Below, in pieces: positions 9,392 to 18,700 of a stretch of 64,000 nucleotides of DNA. Position 1 is the stretch's first letter. Every line of letters starts with the position of its first letter. The translations under genes were made by a program, and so were the position numbers. Source of the stretch: a bacterium (lineage in GTDB: Bacteria > Patescibacteriota > Microgenomatia > UBA10105 > UBA927); the NCBI GenBank assembly GCA_021817785.1, contig JAKAFY010000003.1, positions 4,376 to 68,375 on the forward strand, written 5' to 3'. The notes beneath the pieces are model-generated. The model was given only the letters and a program-made list of their open reading frames with translations, made no database searches and had not been told where the DNA came from.

Positions 9392-9823
9392 CTAACGTAT
9401 ACGATCCTCAGGAATCATCAATCCAACCGTATCGATATGCCATGCCGCGACAATCCGGTCAACTCGCAGAGCAGATTGAGCAAGTTTCTCTTGCAACCAT
9501 AATTCATCCACAGGACCATTTCGTCCTTTTCTTGCGTGTGAAAGTGCTGCGATTTTAGCTACTCCGGGTATGACGATACTGTCTCGTACTCCTCCTGCAA
9601 TAATGGTCGATCCCTGAGGATCCACATACACCCAAGCCCCACGCAAAGTGCGTAATACACCCGTTGCTAGCTTCCGCGCCAAGTATTCATCACACAGATC
9701 ACCAAGTCTACCTCTGCCAATTGCGCCAAATCCATGTATTAACGTGCGAGACAGCCTGTCGGCGTCCGGTCCACATGCACGGGCTATTCCTAGTAAAATT
9801 CGTTTTTCCTCCCCAGTTTGCAT
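9392..9823 (-). CDS. Hypothetical protein
   Basis: 143-aa ORF filling the gap; no motif recognised. Confidence 0.5.
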   Translation of the reverse strand: MQTGEEKRILLGIARACGPDADRLSRTLIHGFGAIGRGRLGDLCDEYLARKLATGVLRTLRGAWVYVDPQGSTIIAGGVRDSIVIPGVAKIAALSHARKGRNGPVDELWLQEKLAQSALRVDRIVAAWHIDTVGLMIPEDRIR

Positions 9824-9942
9824 ATCAGGTAGTATATCAGACTACATCAAGAATACAGTATACCCAGATGCTCGTTAGCACGAATTGACCATGGACACCT
9901 CTATTTCCATAGCTATCGTTCGTGATATAATTAGATTCTGCC

Positions 9943-10019
9943 GCCCCCTTCGTCTAGCGGCCTAGGACAACGGGTTTTCAGCCCGTGAATCGCCGGTCCG
10001 AATCCGGCAGGGGGTACCA
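9943..10019 (+). tRNA. tRNA-Glu(TTC)
   Basis: Acceptor GCCCCCT/AGGGGGT, anticodon loop TT-TTC-AG, T-loop TCCGAAT, encoded CCA. Confidence 0.92.
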
Positions 10020-10159
10020 CGCACCATTCGGTGCATGGCTACGCAGTAGACATGCGACGAAGGCAAGTGAGGGGTGCACCGTATGGTGCGCCCCTTATTT
10101 TGTTTTACTAAACAGTGAAAAGCTCGTATCTTTGAAGTAAATCCGGCAGGGGTACTCAC

Positions 10160-10190
10160 AAAAAGATCCCGTCTCATGCGGGATTTTTTG
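10160..10190 (+). terminator. Intrinsic terminator
   Basis: ATCCCG..CGGGAT hairpin followed by a T run. Confidence 0.55.
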
Positions 10191-10317
10191 ACACTATGCG
10201 TTGGCGGATAAGGACCGGGTACTGTGCAAGAAACGTAACATATAATAGACCTATAGTTGTATTATCCTTACAGGTATAGTATACTATTCCCCACTTTTCT
10301 ATCCGAATTCGTCGGAT

Positions 10318-11001
10318 ATGAGAGGCAACACACATCTCTCTATGCCGACACTCACGCTCGAGGCCCAATGGCCCGAATCTGCCACTGTCCACACCTTCCG
10401 CTTTTCTGCGGATCGGCCCGTCCGCTATGACGCCGGCCAGTACGCCCATTTCCTGATACCGTCTGTCCTGTTGTCTTTGGGCAAACCGACCCGCAAATTC
10501 TCGTTTGCCTCTGCTCCCAATGACCCGGATATCCGTATTACAGCCGATATATCTTCCCACAGCGCGTTTAAGGAGACGCTTCGTTCGCTTAAAACCGGAG
10601 ATACCGTCTCTCTCTACCACGTAGAAGGAGAAATGGTCCTCCCCGATACTGCTGAAGGCACGTATGTGTTTATTGCCGGCGGCATCGGCATGACGCCGTT
10701 TCGGTCGATTCTCCGCGATGTCGAGCAACGGAAGCTTCCGGTGACGCCCGTATTAGTCCAGGTCGGCCACCCACCGTATCTCTATGAAGGGGAATTCCGG
10801 GGCAAACCGTTTGAACAGCACCGTATCGGCCGCACGGATGTGGAGAGCACGTTGCAGGATGTTCTGTCCCGCCATGCGGATTCGCACTATTTTATCGCAG
10901 GCTCCTCCGCGTTTGTCCGCGACACTGCCAATCTGCTAGAGCGCCACGGCGTCCCGGCAGACCAGATACGCAGTGATGAATTTGAGGGGTTGAAAGAATG
11001 A
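10318..11001 (+). CDS. FAD/NAD(P)-binding oxidoreductase (ferredoxin reductase-like)
   Basis: AGQY, RKFSFAS, FIAGGIGMTPFRS; alternative start at 10342. Confidence 0.88.
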   Translation: MRGNTHLSMPTLTLEAQWPESATVHTFRFSADRPVRYDAGQYAHFLIPSVLLSLGKPTRKFSFASAPNDPDIRITADISSHSAFKETLRSLKTGDTVSLYHVEGEMVLPDTAEGTYVFIAGGIGMTPFRSILRDVEQRKLPVTPVLVQVGHPPYLYEGEFRGKPFEQHRIGRTDVESTLQDVLSRHADSHYFIAGSSAFVRDTANLLERHGVPADQIRSDEFEGLKE

Positions 11002-11052
11002 TACCTCCGAAGATCATCAGACGAAACATAATCCACCAATAGGCTGTCAGCA

Positions 11053-12051
11053 CCGAGGGTTGGTAAAGACTTCGGTTAGTATGTACATGTGTTCGTCGCC
11101 CACACACCGGGGTGTGTAATTTATGTCTAAATTTGGTAAGCTACAAACTATATAAATTTATAACAGTCAGTTCATTCGCTCAAATATGGCATCGGGAAAC
11201 AAAAACGAGTTATTCAAATCTAGACCTGGGTTTCTTAGTGAAATCGATAGCTTCAACCGATTTTTATATGAAATACACCCACCAAAACTGGAAGAATTAC
11301 AAACCGTTAGAGATGTTCTTGGAGATAGATTTACTGCTCATTTAGCCGACTTACACGCACCATTGTATGTCTTCAATGGACAATCAGGTCTCAACACAAT
11401 TAGTTATCAAAGTGAAGAACGCGGCTCTAATACCCATTCCTTCTTTCACAAGTATCGCAGAACTAACTATGCATCCATCATAGACGGATGGATTGTTTTT
11501 ATAAATACTTGGAAATCAAATGCCAGTTCAAAATTTCGTCCAAATAAAGCCGCAAGATTTGACTTTATGTTGCTAGACGATTGGATGAATGAAGACAACT
11601 TCCGTTTGGCCAATACAAAAAAATTGAAAGCGGATGTGCGGTCAGCCGGCTTATTTACTAGAGGCTCAAGCGTACTTAGAAAAATTCAAAGCTTAGTATT
11701 AAGTGTGCCCGAAGATTGCAGAATAGACATATATTCAGCAAATCTGCAAAGAGAAAAAATATATAGAAAAATGGTAATGAATCATAATAATATTATTGTT
11801 CACAAAAATTATGAAGATGCGGCATCACCCCTCACTAAGCTGATCAGAAGATTAAATCAATAATTTTGATAATAAATTTACCCTAATCAACTCCACAACT
11901 CAACAAACAATTTATTACACAATGACGTTTCTAATCCTCTCGACAACTGATAGCTTTTGTATTGATCTACGCTGCACATGGCCGTCCGAGGTGGCCATGA
12001 CTTCGATTCGTTTGTACATGTGTTCGTCGCCCACACACCGGGGGTGCGTAA
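11053..12051 (+). repeat. About 67-bp direct repeat pair (11053-11119, 11986-12051) with a 31-bp identical core
   Basis: TGTACATGTGTTCGTCGCCCACACACCGGGG at 11082-11112 and 12013-12043; partial third copy at 13136-13152. Confidence 0.85.
11186..11863 (+). CDS. Hypothetical protein (low GC)
   Basis: 225-aa ORF between the direct repeats. Confidence 0.65.
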   Translation: MASGNKNELFKSRPGFLSEIDSFNRFLYEIHPPKLEELQTVRDVLGDRFTAHLADLHAPLYVFNGQSGLNTISYQSEERGSNTHSFFHKYRRTNYASIIDGWIVFINTWKSNASSKFRPNKAARFDFMLLDDWMNEDNFRLANTKKLKADVRSAGLFTRGSSVLRKIQSLVLSVPEDCRIDIYSANLQREKIYRKMVMNHNNIIVHKNYEDAASPLTKLIRRLNQ

Positions 12052-12070
12052 CATTCGGTTACTCTCTAAT

Positions 12071-13066
12071 TCATCTTTTCTTCTTTTTCTTCTTTTTACC
12101 AGACCATGTTTGGATGTCAGGATACGACATCGACATTTCCGATCCAGCAGACGGAGGACCTATCTTAAAAGCACGGCGTGCGTTTTCTAAATTTGATAAT
12201 TTTCTGGAAACCACGCCGCCCGCTCCGACCGAAATGCGCTCGTAGATAAACTGATCAGCTTTCATCATGCGGCCGTGCCATGTCCCAGGGTCTTCACCCA
12301 AATCTGTTGACGGTCGACGATGCACTCCATGCTCATCCACGATAAAACCGTCGTCTATAGCCTTTCGTAAGTTGGGAGCCATACGGCTCAATATATCCTC
12401 TCTATCCGCTACTGGCAGCATAAAAAAACGTTGAATTGTCTGGGAAACGCGTGGTTCTTTTCGTTTACGTGCACGAGCACTACCAACTGGATTTAATGAA
12501 TTTATATCCTTAGTTCTTTTCGTTCCCCTGGTCACTAAAAATGCAGGAGCCGGCCTCTCTGCTAACTTGGAAGGCATGTATGTAAAATCAGGCTGTCTCA
12601 GCTCTCCCCGAAAAAATGTGAGTGAATGACCAACGTTTCCTGGTAAATTACGTAGAAATTGTAATAACGGCATATCACCATCTGCCGATTGGATCATGAG
12701 ACTACTCGCTCCCTGCTCTTTCGGAAAATAATATTTGTATGGGACCCCTACCATCCTTTCTCCCCCTGCAGTCACTCGCACTACACCGCGCCCCTGTCCC
12801 TTTGAGTCAGGATGATAGTCTGCTTCTGGCATCCAGTGGTATAACTGAGCAGGCTCTTTGGAACGGTTAGTCACAAGGGTAGTGACTATTTTTCGGAATT
12901 GACCCTCTACAGTGAATACCGTATCCGATGCTGCTGCCGTTATGACACCAGTGGCCCCCATACGCTCAAGCGCGGTAGTCATAACATCAGCCGCATTCGT
13001 TTCTACAGACGTAAAATTTGAAGCACCAAAACTCGAATGATCGTCTATTTCCTTTAGTACTGACAT
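12071..13066 (-). CDS. Hypothetical protein with poly-Lys tail
   Basis: 331-aa ORF; TATAAT 7 nt before the ATG. Confidence 0.7.
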   Translation of the reverse strand: MSVLKEIDDHSSFGASNFTSVETNAADVMTTALERMGATGVITAAASDTVFTVEGQFRKIVTTLVTNRSKEPAQLYHWMPEADYHPDSKGQGRGVVRVTAGGERMVGVPYKYYFPKEQGASSLMIQSADGDMPLLQFLRNLPGNVGHSLTFFRGELRQPDFTYMPSKLAERPAPAFLVTRGTKRTKDINSLNPVGSARARKRKEPRVSQTIQRFFMLPVADREDILSRMAPNLRKAIDDGFIVDEHGVHRRPSTDLGEDPGTWHGRMMKADQFIYERISVGAGGVVSRKLSNLENARRAFKIGPPSAGSEMSMSYPDIQTWSGKKKKKKKR

Positions 13067-13175
13067 GTCCAGAATTATACTATAGGTTCATAATTTGAAC
13101 AACAAGACGCTTTATACATACCTGATAACCTATCTACGCCGGGGGTGAGTAATCCTTTACTGATTCGCATACTTA

Positions 13176-13592
13176 TCATCGTCTTCGCGCTTTTACGTCA
13201 GCTTTTGCTTTATTCCAGACTTTTGTAGGAGTCACGATTATACGCGGATCATCAATATCCATAAAATAGCTTAAAACTAGCGCAAAATCGTGTGCAACGT
13301 CTGCCAAGGTATTACCATTAGAGCCTGCGATATTATTGAGTGGGGCAACACCTTTCAGCGCGCCAGCCTTCATTGCTCGGGCAAATCCTATTGGTGCACA
13401 ATATGAAGAGGATGCACCATTAATAACAAATATTTTACCACCCGAATCATTGATTGCGTCCTTTAATTCGGAGTCATCGTCTATACTGGCCCCCACCACC
13501 CAGCCTTGCTTACGACGTTTTTTAGCTAATTCATTTTGACTCGGAACTTCCCCTTCACCGACAAAAACTTTTATAACCTCTGATTTTTGCAT
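13176..13592 (-). CDS. Hypothetical protein
   Basis: ORF in the low-GC island; start uncertain (13592 or 13631). Confidence 0.55.
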   Translation of the reverse strand: MQKSEVIKVFVGEGEVPSQNELAKKRRKQGWVVGASIDDDSELKDAINDSGGKIFVINGASSSYCAPIGFARAMKAGALKGVAPLNNIAGSNGNTLADVAHDFALVLSYFMDIDDPRIIVTPTKVWNKAKADVKARRR

Positions 13593-13764
13593 ATTGCTAC
13601 GGGTAGCGTAACATATTTGCCCATTCCTCACCCGCTTTCATTTTGATTCTCTTCCCCTTCCAAAACAGGATGAAACACGGAAGGGCTGTCGCAGGTTCGA
13701 AGACTCACCCCTGACCCGCATCAGGGCGGCGACGCGAGGTTTGGAGTATAATGCCATTGTATTT

Positions 13765-15210
13765 ATGTCACTAAAGGATTATTTGGATTTTGATCTTCTT
13801 TTTGATTACTTAGAACGAAATATCTATTCTAAGCGGTCTCTAGTTCTCTTCTGTTTTTTATTTCCAGTTATAAGCAGTCTCGCTTTAGACATACTTAAAC
13901 TTTCTCTTAACAATTTCTATTGGTGGATTACTGTTGCCATAGTAGATGTTATCTGGGTGATATTCTGGATTGCGCATCGCAATAAGTATCCCAAGGTGAC
14001 AAAGGGGAAAATTGGAGTAGTGCTAGCCATAGAGACCGAAAATAATCTTATTAGAACAAAAGTTTATAAGGATTTTGTAAATCACTTTAATAAGTTAATC
14101 TTAGAGAACGGTTTAGCGAACTATATTCAACTTATAGAACTTAATGAGTATCAATCCTCAATTTTATCCAACGTCTTAATAAAACATTCGGAATATTTAT
14201 CTCAATTTAGAAGAGATGGATACTTTGATAAAACATCAAGGCCTCAGGACTTGGAAAAAATGCAAGGTAAAATAGGAGGACATTTCTATATATGGGGGAA
14301 AATACGAAAGAGATTAGATAAAGAAAGCAAGTATTTCTTGGATATTGATGGGCTAGTCAGACACATCGGAATTGGAGTAGAAAAACATAAATTAGTTACA
14401 AATAATTTTCTTGAAGCGTGGTTTAAACGGATAGAATTTAGCGAAATATTTGAACTAAAAGGTTTCGAGATCTCTGCTGAACTAGTGTTTCTAGTAGCAA
14501 AGTATATTGTAGGTGTTGCTGCACTTGTATCCCATGACCCCTTGTTAGCACTGACACTTCATTCAAAGCTAAAGGGCGAACTTGCGGATATTTTAACTAA
14601 ATTCAATCCACCACCTCAAAATCTTATTACTATTAGTAAAAAACTAGATTCGTTTATCGCGGAAGAAAATTCATTACTGGCAACTTGGTACATTAGAAAC
14701 GGAAGACCTGACTTATGCGACAAGTATATTCAAGATAGTTTTGCTGCAAAAGCTGAAAATTATTCTGGCTATATTCTTAAAGCATTAAGAGGTTTCCAAG
14801 AAGGGAATATAAAGGAATCTTTTGATTATGTAATGAAGGCGAAAAAAATAGCGGTAAATAACCAAATATGGAGATATGACCTTGCATTCCTTTATATGTG
14901 GGCTGATGATTATAAAAAGGGACTTGCAGAATACAAAAAAATTGCAGAAAAAACTTTTGCAGGAGAAGTTATTACAGTATCGGAAATTATTGACTTTCAA
15001 AAAAAGCTACTAACAACTAATCCAAAATTTGCAGTGAGTTATTTTATATTGGGCTTTCTGTATTATAAAAAATTAAGTAATTTACCAAACGCGCTAGAAA
15101 ACTTTGAAACATTTATGGCTGAAACTAAAAAAATCCCTGCATTCAAGAACTTACGCGAGGTAACGCAGTCGTATTTGTCCGAAATTTCTAAAGGAATGAG
15201 TCTAAAATAG
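13765..15210 (+). CDS. Membrane-anchored protein with TPR-like C-terminal repeats (very low GC)
   Basis: Two N-terminal hydrophobic helices; helical repeats such as YFILGFLYYKKLSNLPNALENFETF. Confidence 0.7.
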   Translation: MSLKDYLDFDLLFDYLERNIYSKRSLVLFCFLFPVISSLALDILKLSLNNFYWWITVAIVDVIWVIFWIAHRNKYPKVTKGKIGVVLAIETENNLIRTKVYKDFVNHFNKLILENGLANYIQLIELNEYQSSILSNVLIKHSEYLSQFRRDGYFDKTSRPQDLEKMQGKIGGHFYIWGKIRKRLDKESKYFLDIDGLVRHIGIGVEKHKLVTNNFLEAWFKRIEFSEIFELKGFEISAELVFLVAKYIVGVAALVSHDPLLALTLHSKLKGELADILTKFNPPPQNLITISKKLDSFIAEENSLLATWYIRNGRPDLCDKYIQDSFAAKAENYSGYILKALRGFQEGNIKESFDYVMKAKKIAVNNQIWRYDLAFLYMWADDYKKGLAEYKKIAEKTFAGEVITVSEIIDFQKKLLTTNPKFAVSYFILGFLYYKKLSNLPNALENFETFMAETKKIPAFKNLREVTQSYLSEISKGMSLK

Positions 15211-15259
15211 TTCCAATTTCGTCCCAACACCTGTACCATCGTTATCACATTCCCCACCC

Positions 15260-15305
15260 TTGACTCCAAAAATTGTCCTAGTATATGATTGAACAGTTGT
15301 TCAAT
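15260..15305 (+). promoter_or_regulatory. Promoter with putative ArsR operator
   Basis: TTGACT-18 bp-TATGAT; inverted repeat ATTGAACA-GT-TGTTCAAT at 15288-15305. Confidence 0.65.
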
Positions 15306-15314
15306 TAAACAAGT

Positions 15315-15665
15315 ATGCTTACCACAGAAGATATCAACACTATCAAAGCCGCCGTGGCACGTACCGCGGGCATAGACGCACGTGCGGCGCTGGCCAGGTG
15401 CCTGGCAGACCCAACGTCTCTCAAAATCCTCTATGTGCTGACCCGGAAAAACAATGTGTGCCCCAGCGATTTGGCAGCCATACTCTCACTATCCCTGTCT
15501 ACCGTGTCCCACCAGCTTTCCAAATTAAAGCAGATGGGCGTCGTATCCACTATCCGCCACGGACACATGATATGCTATTCATTGGAACCGACAGAGAAAT
15601 CGGACCTGATCCGAAAGCTCGTGACTATGATCATGGACGGGAAACTCAACGGAGGAGTGGTATGA
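15315..15665 (+). CDS. ArsR/SmtB family transcriptional regulator
   Basis: LADPT.LKIL...VCPSDLA...STVSHQL..LK..G.V...R.G..I.YSL. Confidence 0.92.
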   Translation: MLTTEDINTIKAAVARTAGIDARAALARCLADPTSLKILYVLTRKNNVCPSDLAAILSLSLSTVSHQLSKLKQMGVVSTIRHGHMICYSLEPTEKSDLIRKLVTMIMDGKLNGGVV

Positions 15666-15925
15666 ACATAACATTCTATGGGGCGACGTGGTGCCCGGAT
15701 TGCCGCCGGTCAAAAGAGTATCTGGATACACATAACATCCCCTATGACTACATAGATTTGGAAACCGTGCCGGAAGCGGCAGATGAAGTCGTGCGGATAA
15801 ACCATGGGCTGCAATCTATCCCGACCATCGTGTTCCCAGACGGCACCGTATTGGTAGAGCCAACCAATGCTGCGCTGGAAAATGCCGTAACAGCAAACAA
15901 AGATACACTCTCGCACTACGTATGA
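15662..15925 (+). CDS. Glutaredoxin-like protein (NrdH/mycoredoxin type)
   Basis: YGATWCPDC, SIPTIVFPDG; ATG overlaps the arsR stop. Confidence 0.9.
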   Translation: MNITFYGATWCPDCRRSKEYLDTHNIPYDYIDLETVPEAADEVVRINHGLQSIPTIVFPDGTVLVEPTNAALENAVTANKDTLSHYV

Positions 15926-16545
15926 AACTCTTTTACCTGCTTATCGGCATGGTAGCCGCGCTGGCGCTTGCGCTCGTGTCCTACGGGATGCTGCGCGCTA
16001 ATTCCAGCTTGGGACTGCTCTATGTGCATACGTCGGCAACGTATGTGTTTTGGTTTGTAGCGCTTTCTGCCATGTCCGCCATATTGTTTGGCATCAATAC
16101 CGCGCTTTTTGTCTATGAATGGCGGAGGTTCGGTCTGACACGGTTTTTCCACTACGGCGGGGGCGGCATCGGCGCGGTATTTAGTGTATTTGCCTCGGTG
16201 TGCCCGGTGTGCGGGTCTGCCGTGGTGTCTGCTATAGGAGCCATAAGCGGACTGGCCACACTCCCCTTTCAGGGATTGGAAGTAAAAATAGCGGCAACCC
16301 TCGTATTGGTTGCCGCCACAATCTATTCCGTGATACTGCTGCGGCAAAAAAACTGCCATGGCGCCCATTGTCCTGCCCCGCGGGACGATCGGCTGAAACG
16401 CTGGGAACAACGTATATACATCCCGCTTCTCGTTACCAGTATGGCACTCTGTATAGTGGCCGGATGGCAATGGTTCGCGGGAGACAGCATACGCTCGCCG
16501 GAGGCCATGGCGCAGGCGCGGTATAGTTGCACTGCAAAAAAATAA
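15922..16545 (+). CDS. Multi-pass membrane protein with a CPVC motif
   Basis: Several TM helices, CxxC, overlap with the upstream gene. Confidence 0.75.
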   Translation: MKLFYLLIGMVAALALALVSYGMLRANSSLGLLYVHTSATYVFWFVALSAMSAILFGINTALFVYEWRRFGLTRFFHYGGGGIGAVFSVFASVCPVCGSAVVSAIGAISGLATLPFQGLEVKIAATLVLVAATIYSVILLRQKNCHGAHCPAPRDDRLKRWEQRIYIPLLVTSMALCIVAGWQWFAGDSIRSPEAMAQARYSCTAKK

Positions 16546-16582
16546 TACGGAATAGACACGGAGGATACGCGGTGCGCAATCT

Positions 16583-16864
16583 TTAGATCTTTATCTTCTT
16601 TCGTGGGACATCTTTCGTTTTTTCGTACCAACGATAAAAATCCGCGACATTGGCGTCGGCAGTAAGTAGCAGAGAGAGAACTTTGTCCCGGATGAGCAGC
16701 GACGACACCGATGCATCGGGCACCGTGCGGATCCAGGTAGATACCTGAGCGGCAAGCGCTTTGGCTTGTTCGTCCGGCAATCCCGCGGCTTGTACCACAC
16801 GGACGACTTTGGCTTCTTCATACGCCTCCGTACTTCCGTCGCGTTTCAGAACTTTTTTATCCAT
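16583..16864 (-). CDS. Stand-alone ATP-cone domain protein
   Basis: VLKRDGSTEAYEEAKV N-terminus. Confidence 0.8.
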   Translation of the reverse strand: MDKKVLKRDGSTEAYEEAKVVRVVQAAGLPDEQAKALAAQVSTWIRTVPDASVSSLLIRDKVLSLLLTADANVADFYRWYEKTKDVPRKKIKI

Positions 16865-16995
16865 AAGGATATAGTTATACCATACCTGGCGCTGCGTCGT
16901 GAATAGCGATCGTATCCGGAAGCCACACTATAATATGAAAGCTGACGCAATCTACACAACTGGCATAGAATGAATAACGAGCCGAGTGCAATCCG

Positions 16996-17330
16996 TTAGG
17001 CGAGCGTGGCGTGTTTTGAGAGTTCCGCTGCCGCGGACTTCAGTTCACCGGCCCATACGCGGTGATCGGTGATCCCTTTTTGGTATTCGGTTTCCAGCTT
17101 GTCGTAGACTTTGCAGAATTTCTGGAACTTGGGCTCAAATGCCGCAGTCAAGGGAAAGCGCGTTAGCTGCTTGACGTCTTTGCGGGTAAGTTTCAGAAAC
17201 AAGGTGATGTGCTCTTTCCGCTCCTGAAACCCTTTGAGCGTCCAATCGCTTACCTGCTTTAAGTTATCCACGATGTCCAACACGATTTCTCGCTGATTGG
17301 TGGGAGGCAGGGTGACATGGTGCGGTTGTC
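16996..17330 (-). CDS. Hypothetical protein (start uncertain)
   Basis: 3' part of ORF 16996-17442 reads like a natural helical protein; the 5' extension overlaps the HAD gene. Confidence 0.5.
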
Positions 17331-17371
17331 TATTTATAGCTCGTAGTATACCGCATCCGGGCCGGTGTCCG

Positions 17372-18166
17372 CTAGTGACGAAGCGCCGGCGAAGCGAAAA
17401 GCGCCGGTATGACGTCGGCAATAGCGTCCGCACGTATGACATCGTCCGGTATCCCGCCGTTCCGGTAGAGATCCCAAGGGCTTGGTAACCACACTGTATG
17501 CGCTACCCCAGCGGAGCGTGCGGCCAAAATATCGCCGGTCAGATTATCGCCTATGACCAGCACGTCTTCGGGCCGAACGCCAAGCGTGTCAATCGCACGC
17601 TTCCAATCTTCTGGTCCTTTATACCCCCACGGATCAGCGAGCGTTACCGTGTCAAAATACTTTCGTATATTATGGCCATCCAACTTTACCGCGGTCCATG
17701 CCTCGTCCGCGTGGGTGACCACACCAAGATGTGCTGCAGCTTGATGGAATTGTTCCAGCGTCTCTACCGCTCCCGGCATGAGTTCGGCAGGCTCGTCATA
17801 CACGCGGTACAGAATATCCTTGGCCTCGTAGAGTGCCGGCGTGACGCGAGCACCGTACTTTTCAGCCATGAGTGACACGACCGCATTCCACCGTTCGCGG
17901 TGGACGGAATGCGTCGCATAGACATGATCGCTTAAGGAATTAAACGTATCGGAAAGCTCCTTGGGATCCAGCTCTGGATTTGCCTGGGCGACGGATGCGA
18001 TAAATTGTGCCTGAAGTTCCCGATGCTTTTTGTGTGTGTTGAGCAGCGTGTCATCCAGATCGAAGAGCACAGCCTTGATGCCATGGGTATCCAGCCATTC
18101 CCGAAGGGCACTCGCACCCACCTCTTCTCGGGTATTTTGCACCGGTAATCGCTCCGTAGCTAACAT
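17372..18166 (-). CDS. HAD family hydrolase
   Basis: FDLDDTL, GVVT, IGDNLTGDI..ARSAG. Confidence 0.9.
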   Translation of the reverse strand: MLATERLPVQNTREEVGASALREWLDTHGIKAVLFDLDDTLLNTHKKHRELQAQFIASVAQANPELDPKELSDTFNSLSDHVYATHSVHRERWNAVVSLMAEKYGARVTPALYEAKDILYRVYDEPAELMPGAVETLEQFHQAAAHLGVVTHADEAWTAVKLDGHNIRKYFDTVTLADPWGYKGPEDWKRAIDTLGVRPEDVLVIGDNLTGDILAARSAGVAHTVWLPSPWDLYRNGGIPDDVIRADAIADVIPALFASPALRH

Positions 18167-18269
18167 AATCAGCGCATTATAGCAATCCAACCCTATGTGT
18201 ACAACGCATGTCATCTCTGTTTACTACCCGCACATTGCATAGGACGAAGAAGCCGGTATAATAGAACGT

Positions 18270-18677
18270 ATGAAATATTCGAAATTATTTCTGGCCGTAA
18301 GCTACCTTTCGTTTATCGGGGTACTGCTTGCCGTCTACCTATTGTGGGAACAATTTTTTCACCCGGCGTTTCAGCCGTGTAACATAAACAGTTTCATAAA
18401 CTGCAATGCCATTATTTCCGGGGCGGTGGCCAATACACTCGGCATCCCGACGCCGATCTACGGACTCATCGGCTATATTGTCCTGATGATCGCAGGCCTG
18501 ATGCACCAAAAGAAGCTCATCCTGGGGACAGCAAGTTTCGGTCTCGTGTTTTGCCTCTATATCGCGTTCCGCGAGCTGGTACAGCTCCGGGTCATCTGCC
18601 CGGTGTGCATCACCTGCCAGGTCGTCATGATCTCGGTATTTACCATAGGCGTCATCCTCATCCGCCGCAAAGACTGA
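18270..18677 (+). CDS. Vitamin K epoxide reductase (VKOR) family protein
   Basis: CNINSFINC loop, GIP, CPVC in a TM helix. Confidence 0.88.
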   Translation: MKYSKLFLAVSYLSFIGVLLAVYLLWEQFFHPAFQPCNINSFINCNAIISGAVANTLGIPTPIYGLIGYIVLMIAGLMHQKKLILGTASFGLVFCLYIAFRELVQLRVICPVCITCQVVMISVFTIGVILIRRKD

Positions 18678-18700
18678 ATAGGGTATAATAAAACGCTCCT

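Noticed and set aside
11053-15210. Prophage or integron
   Set aside because: No integrase, structural or replication genes, and no clear attC R boxes recognised.
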